55,333 bases of DNA, taken from Gekko japonicus (lineage: Eukaryota). This document shows, piece by piece, positions 49,692-55,333 of this stretch (position 1 is the first letter of the stretch; every line of letters begins with the position of its first letter). The notes below the pieces were generated by a model, which saw only the letters and a list, made by a program, of their open reading frames with translations, did no database searches and was not told the origin of the DNA. A program made the position numbers and the translations under genes. The stretch is from positions 905,080 to 960,412 of the forward strand of contig NW_015173690.1 in the NCBI RefSeq assembly GCF_001447785.1. The letters run 5' to 3'.

Positions 49692-50846
49692 CTCATAAGA
49701 ACATAAGAGAACCCAATGTTGGATCAGGCCAATAGCCCATCCAGTCCAACACTCTGTCACACAGTGGCCAAAAATACCAGGTGCCATCAGGAGGTCCACC
49801 AGTGGGGCCAGGACATTAGAAGCCCTCTCACTGTTGTCCTCCCCCCCAAGCACCAAGAAGATAGTGCATCACTTGCCCCAGACTGAGAGTTCCTATCTAT
49901 ACCCTGTGGCTAATAGCCACTGATGGACCTCTGCTCCATATGTTTATATAATTCCCTCTTGAAACCATCCATGCTTGTAGCCGCCACCACCTCCTGTGGT
50001 GGTGAATTCCATGTGTTAATCACTCTTTGGGTGAAGAATACTTCCTTTTATCTGTTCTAACCTGACTGCTCAGCAATTTCATTGAGTGCCCACGAGTTCT
50101 TGTATTCTTGTAAACCTCGATCATGTCACCCCTCAGCCGTCGTTTCTCCAAGCTAAAGAGCCCCAGGCGCTTTAACCTTTCTTCATAGGCAAAGTGTTTC
50201 AACCCTTTTATCATTCTAGTTGCCCTTTTCTGCACTTTTTCCAATGCTCTAATATCCTTTTTGAGGTGTGGTGACCAGAACTGTACACAGTATTCCAAAT
50301 GAGGTTGCAGCATTGATTTATACAGGGGCATTATGATACTGGCTGATTTGTTTTCAGTTCCCTTCCTAATAATCCTGAACATAACGTTGGCCTTTTTTAT
50401 TGCAGTTGTACACTGTCTCGACATTTTCAGTGAGTTATCTACTACTACTCCAAGATCTCTCTCTTAGTCAGTCTCTGCCACTTTGGACCCCATCAACGTG
50501 TATATATAGTTAGGATTTTTGGCTCCAATGTGCATCACTTTGCACTTGGCCACATTGAACCCCATTTCCCATGTTGACGCCAACTTGCCCATCCTCGACA
50601 GATCCCTTTGGAGTGCCTCACAATCCTCCCTGGTTCTTACCACTCTGAACAACTAAGTTCCATCTGCAAATTTAGCCACTTCGCTGCTTACTCCCAACTC
50701 CAAATCATTAATGAACAAGTTAAAAAGCAGTGGACCAAGTACTGATCCCTGTGGTACCCCACTGCTTACCACCCTCCACTGAGAAAATTGCCCATTTATA
50801 CTCACTCTCTGTTTCCTATTAATTAGCCAGTTTTTGATCCACAAAA
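49692..50846 (-). mobile_element. CR1 LINE 3' about 1.15 kb with (TTCTTATG)n tail
   Basis: Translates GVPQGSVLGPLLFNLFINDL...KFAD and PHLEYCVQFWSP. Tail at about 49695-49708. Confidence 0.93.
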
Positions 50847-51220
50847 GGACTCCACATTGCACTGTCATTTGGATGAGTCCATTTGGGTTAATGAAGGAGT
50901 CTTTGATTCGTACTAGGAGTGGTTGCCTCTGGTGTGCCCTGAGGACATCATTGAGGGGTTGCCAGGACCCAGAGACATCATTGTATCTTGCTACATTCCC
51001 AGAATTGATTTTTCCACTGTCCTTTGTTGTTCACATTGGTCTTGGAGGGATTAGGTCTTGTTCAGCACTTATTGGTAGCTGTCGGTGTACAAGCTGGCAA
51101 ACTTTGTGCCATGAGGTCATCCTATTATTTAAGTATTTCTACTGTGCTTTTCTCCAAGTGGGGACTTCTGCAACCTCTTTTTTTTTTTAAACAGCGTTTT
51201 GTTTTGTTTTATTTTTATAG

Positions 51221-51569
51221 AAAGGACAGAGCACAAAACCAATTGAGTCACCTTGCTGCAGATGCCCAAGTGAGAATCACCAGGGTCAAGAACAAAACCC
51301 TCAGCAGGCAAACATAAAAAAACCTTTGGAACTGGACCATTGTAAAACCTTCACGACTGCTAATCAGGATACTGTTGTCAGTTGTCCAGCTGAAAGCTGC
51401 TCAAATATCTCTCCAAAAAGAAAGCAGCACTCTGTCATCAGTAAGGATGTCCAGATATCACCCCTAGTTAATTCTCCTAAGAAACAAGAAGTGAATACAG
51501 CTCAGCCTTTGGAGGAGCCTGGGAATATATTGGAAAATAGTAAACAGACCGATGATTCAGCAGAGCCGA
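51221..51569 (+). CDS. SENP7: SENP7 exon 9
   Basis: ttttatag|KGQSTKPIES...QTDDSAEP|gtatgt. 349 nt open frame. Its end matches human SAEP. Confidence 0.88.
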
Positions 51570-51793
51570 GTATGTAACACTGTCCTTCTTTAGAAACTTT
51601 GAGATAGGTAGATATAATTCACATCAATGTATGTCCAAATTACTATTTTATGATGCTGTTTCTTTCAGATGATTTATGGGTTGACTTTTACCAGTTATAG
51701 ATTAGAGCTCAGATCATTATTCAAGCATTTCATCAATTTTATTTGAAAATATTGTTATCTGATTAATCCTGCACTGTTATTTCCTTGCTTTAG

Positions 51794-52020
51794 TTGTCCT
51801 TTCTAGTGACGATGAAGAAGATACTGCTGAAGCAAAGGATACAAAGTCCTGTCTCCAGACTGGGAAAGGCCACAAACCTGAGAATAAAGGAATAGAACAA
51901 GAAAATGTGCTGCCTTTGTCAGAAGAGCTATCACAGGGTTTAACTGAAAGCAAGACTGAACAAGTAATAAACCTTTCCCATGTTGCCTGTTGTACTCTCT
52001 GTCAGAGGCAACCACTCCTA
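51794..52020 (+). CDS. SENP7: SENP7 exon 10 (SIM: EPIVLSSDDEE)
   Basis: ctttag|(I)VLSSDDEEDTAE...QPLL|gtatgt. An alternative in-phase donor (gtaata) follows position 51963. Confidence 0.82.
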
Positions 52021-53591
52021 GTATGTTCACCAGGACATGCAGGAATAATTTATGTAATTTTTGCAGAAACCATATACCACCCCAGTGTTCCTCTGTGATA
52101 AGTTCCACAGAATTCATACACCAATTCTAACCCCTTTGGTTGTAAATGAATCCCACAGATTTCAGTGGAACCGACTTCCTAAAGTTGTACTTAGCACTGC
52201 AGCCTTACAGAATTTACACTTCTTCTTTTTCTTTTTTCATATATTTTCTTTTCTTTTTGTACATCGTTTTAATGCATTTAGGCTGAAATGTATAGTTCTG
52301 TGACTCTTGTCTGTGTAGGCTTTCTTTTATCAGGTGAAGCAACTGTGGTTAGCTTCAGTTCTTTCCAAGGCATTTGGCGGCTTAAAATTGCACATGTCCT
52401 CCTGCTTTGCTACCTAAGATTAAGATTTTTTTTTAAAGGTATGGGGACATGTAGCATTTGTATTTTCAGAAGAAAAGCAATGGGGTCTTAGGAGTCTTGA
52501 GCCAGCAAGTAAAGACACTCCTGCTCACTCTGAAGCTAACAGTTGCTTTGTCTGATACAAGAAAGTCCTTGAGCAAAAAAGCACTGCAGGACTACATGTA
52601 ATCCCACTTTAGGAACACTTTCAATTCTGCTTTAGTTGATGATTATATAAATGAGAATGCCGCGGGGCAAAAAAATACCAACATCAGTTTCTGAATTCAT
52701 TAGTGTGTTTTACTACCTTAAAGGGCTGTTCTACACATTACGGAGGCCAGGGATCCAACCCATGGCTGCCAATTCCATTTTAGAGGGAAATTTATCCATT
52801 GAAAAATTGCTATGAGGTCCACACAGCAGCAGCACCACCAGTTGACTTTGTTCCCTGTTTCGAAATAGCCTTGTTTCAGCACTTGAAAATTTGGGTGGGG
52901 AGATAGTTTAGTACTACTGCAGCATGGGCCTGATCAGGACTGGGCCCTTGCAGCAGTTTTTAAATGGCTAAATTTTCCTTTAAAATGACATAATGTAGTT
53001 TGGCTCTCATTGGCAGTAAATGCCAGTAAAAAGAGCCAGTGTAGTTCAGTGAATACATGAAGCTGCCTTACACTGAATCAGAACACTGGTCCATCAAGGT
53101 CAGTACGGTCTGTTCCAAGTGGCGGCTGCTGTTCAGGGTCTCAGGCAGAGGTTTTTCACATCACCTGCTACCTGATTCCTTTTAACTGGAAATGCTAGAG
53201 ATTCAACCTGTGATCTTTTCCATGCACAGCTCTACCACTGAGCCACATCCTCTCTGCTCTCTGATGGTTAGAGTAGCAGATTACAACCTGAGGGGATGTG
53301 GATTCAAATCCCCACTTTGCAGTGAAGCATAATAGTTGTTAAGCTAACAACCATGGGGAGGGAACCATGTATGCCACCCTGAGCAGCCTGGATAGATGGG
53401 ATAAAAAGTTAATAAATTTGTGTGTGTCCCCCCCCCCCAAAAAAAAAGCAACACCTTCCTGGTTGTTATTGCAAGCCTGGAATATGGGGTGGTGGTGGTC
53501 TGTTTTTAATAGTATGTATATAATTATTGTTATAGCTGTTGTTATTTGGTGGGAGGGAGAGATATTTAATCTCTTTTTCTTTATTTCATAG

Positions 53592-53726
53592 GTTTCCACT
53601 GAATCACTTATGCTTAAGGATACTTCTGACTGTAAGACCAGTGAACAGGTGGATCTTTTCTTAGATGTAAAAGCTGCCATGCTTTTTATTGGAAACTTTA
53701 AAGGGACAGCAACAGGTTGTGCCAGA
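53592..53726 (+). CDS. SENP7: SENP7 exon 11 (gene continues past the window)
   Basis: ttcatag|VSTESLMLKD...VDLFLDVKAAMLFIGNFKGTATGCAR|gtaagt. Compare human [23 protein letters not shown]. Confidence 0.88.
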
Positions 53727-55051
53727 GTAAGTTTGCTGTGACTGAGTGAGACTCACATTCAGAGAACCATAAAGCTGCATATATACCTGTTCTGGTGAGG
53801 TGGGGTTAGGGACAGTTGCATAAAGGAGATGTGGGGCCTCTCTCTTTCTGGTGCCACCCTCTGGCCATTGTGCCATTTTCAGTCCTTGGGTCTCCCCAGA
53901 CCTCAGAGTAGAAATGAGGGGAGGGTTGTGTCACCGAAGTCTGCCCTCTCTTTCCTGGAGCATTTCCCTTGGATGGGCAGTACAATGCTCTCTCTCTTCT
54001 CCCTGTCCTGGTTGTGGAACTGCCACTCCTTGCCCCACCAAAGCCCCAGCCCTGGCTCTGCCCCTTTGGCTTGAGCCCTTATCTGGGCCAGGAGTTGGAG
54101 TACCACTCTCTCCAGTCTGCTGCCCCAATCTTGCTGCCCCTGCCTCTTTCTCTCGCTGGCCTGTTCCCTGGAGGCCTTCAGCCAGGACCTCCCTGCATGG
54201 CTTCTCCCAGGTTCTTGCATGGCTGGACCCCTCCCATGCTCTACCCAGGTCATCAGGGTTGGGCTTCTGCTGGCTTGCCAATTGGCCTGATGTCCTCTGA
54301 GGCTCACTCTTCCTTAACATCATCTTTGATATCCGGCACCAGGGGATGACATTGTCAGGCAGTGCCCAAAGTTCTGGAGTCCAGGAGGGAGGTGGCAAGT
54401 CCCAGGTCTGGTTGCTGCAGGTATCTGCTGCCCAGGATCCTGCCCTGGGAATTTTGGCCAAGTTGATAGTGGCTGCCTGAGGTATGAGTGAGTGGATGGA
54501 TCCCACTAAGCTCCTGCTGCATCAGGGAAGTCCCTGTCTTGGGGGCAGGTGCCTTTGGCTGAGGATGGGCCAGATGCTGGCCCTGGACAAGAAGTAAGTT
54601 AAATTGTTCACTAGAGTAAAAATGGAAGACCCTTGCTTGAATGGCTGTTTTGATCCTGGTTATAGTTTCTATATGCACAACTGTCCGTGCCTGTGTCCTG
54701 CTGAAATCAATATGCAGCATTGCTGTCTGGGATTATATAATATTTTTAATGTGTTTTTATGCCATCTCCCAACAGAAGGATGTCAAGGCAGCTTACAATA
54801 AAACACAGTAATTATAAATGCAGAGGAAAAGGTGAACATCAATATAATAAATAAAATCAGGACCTTCATTAAAATACAGTTCCCCTTCCCACAAGCCCCA
54901 TCCCAGTAAAACGGCTGACCACCACTGCTATATAACTGTCAGTAGGCTTGCATGGGGAAAAGGCTGAACAAGATTTACCCTCCTGCAATAACTCTGGAAA
55001 ACTAAAATGTCTTCATTTGATGCCTAAATTTCAAAAGTCTATACCAAAATA

Positions 55052-55333
55052 TCTATATATCTAATAGCAAACTTGCCCCCGAAGTGCGGATCGCTAAATC
55101 AGCGCTCCAGGGGCAGCTGGGGGGCTGGGGGAGGTTTGTGTACACGTGGGCCAGTCCCCACGTGTGCACAAAAATTAAAAAAGCTGAAAAAAATCTCGGG
55201 GGGATGTTTAAAGCTGCCAGGAGACGCTCTGTAACTACCGCCACCGCTTGGGAGGGAAGCGGCGAGCGGCAAGCAGGGAGGGGGGGCTTGCTGATCGGCC
55301 CTCGGTTCAGAGCCGGAGGGGGGGTGGGGAGAG
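55052..55333 (+). mobile_element. Probable Helitron 5' end (GC/CpG-rich, runs off the window)
   Basis: A|TCTATATATCTAATAG start and an abrupt shift to CpG-rich sequence. Confidence 0.5.

Noticed and set aside
53790-54600. Cluster of overlapping GC-rich ORFs up to 191 aa
   Set aside because: No recognisable domain. Probably decayed LTR-retrotransposon internal sequence in a SENP7 intron, but I cannot support a family call.

Overview
Vertebrate genomic DNA, most likely a squamate and probably a gecko. This is inferred from the repeat content: Sauria SINE, Bov-B, CR1, L2, Penelope, tRNA- and 5S-derived SINEs. It has two assembly gaps (1544-1747, 30775-31003). Four genes sit in two head-to-head pairs, each on a CpG-island promoter: <-TRMT10C | TXNL4B-> <-FAM172B(ARB2B) | SENP7->. 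TRMT10C (minus) has one coding exon (433 aa). TXNL4B/Dim2 (plus; 3 coding exons, 149 aa) is absent from the ORF track and was assembled by hand from splice sites. FAM172B is an intact, intronless ORF here, whereas the human orthologue is annotated as a pseudogene, and its alpha/beta-hydrolase nucleophile Ser is replaced by Gly. Eleven in-phase SENP7 coding exons (580 codons) were reconstructed, including two tandem-duplicated, frame-symmetric PxVxL (HP1-box) exons. The catalytic domain lies beyond the window. Introns hold many transposons. The most notable are a family of composite non-autonomous Helitrons, a 3'-truncated (tailless) Sauria SINE with a TSD, an unidentified polyadenylated retro-insertion, and a motif-dense MITE-like insert with a 17-bp duplication. 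All family and orthology calls come from recognition of the sequence, not from database searches.
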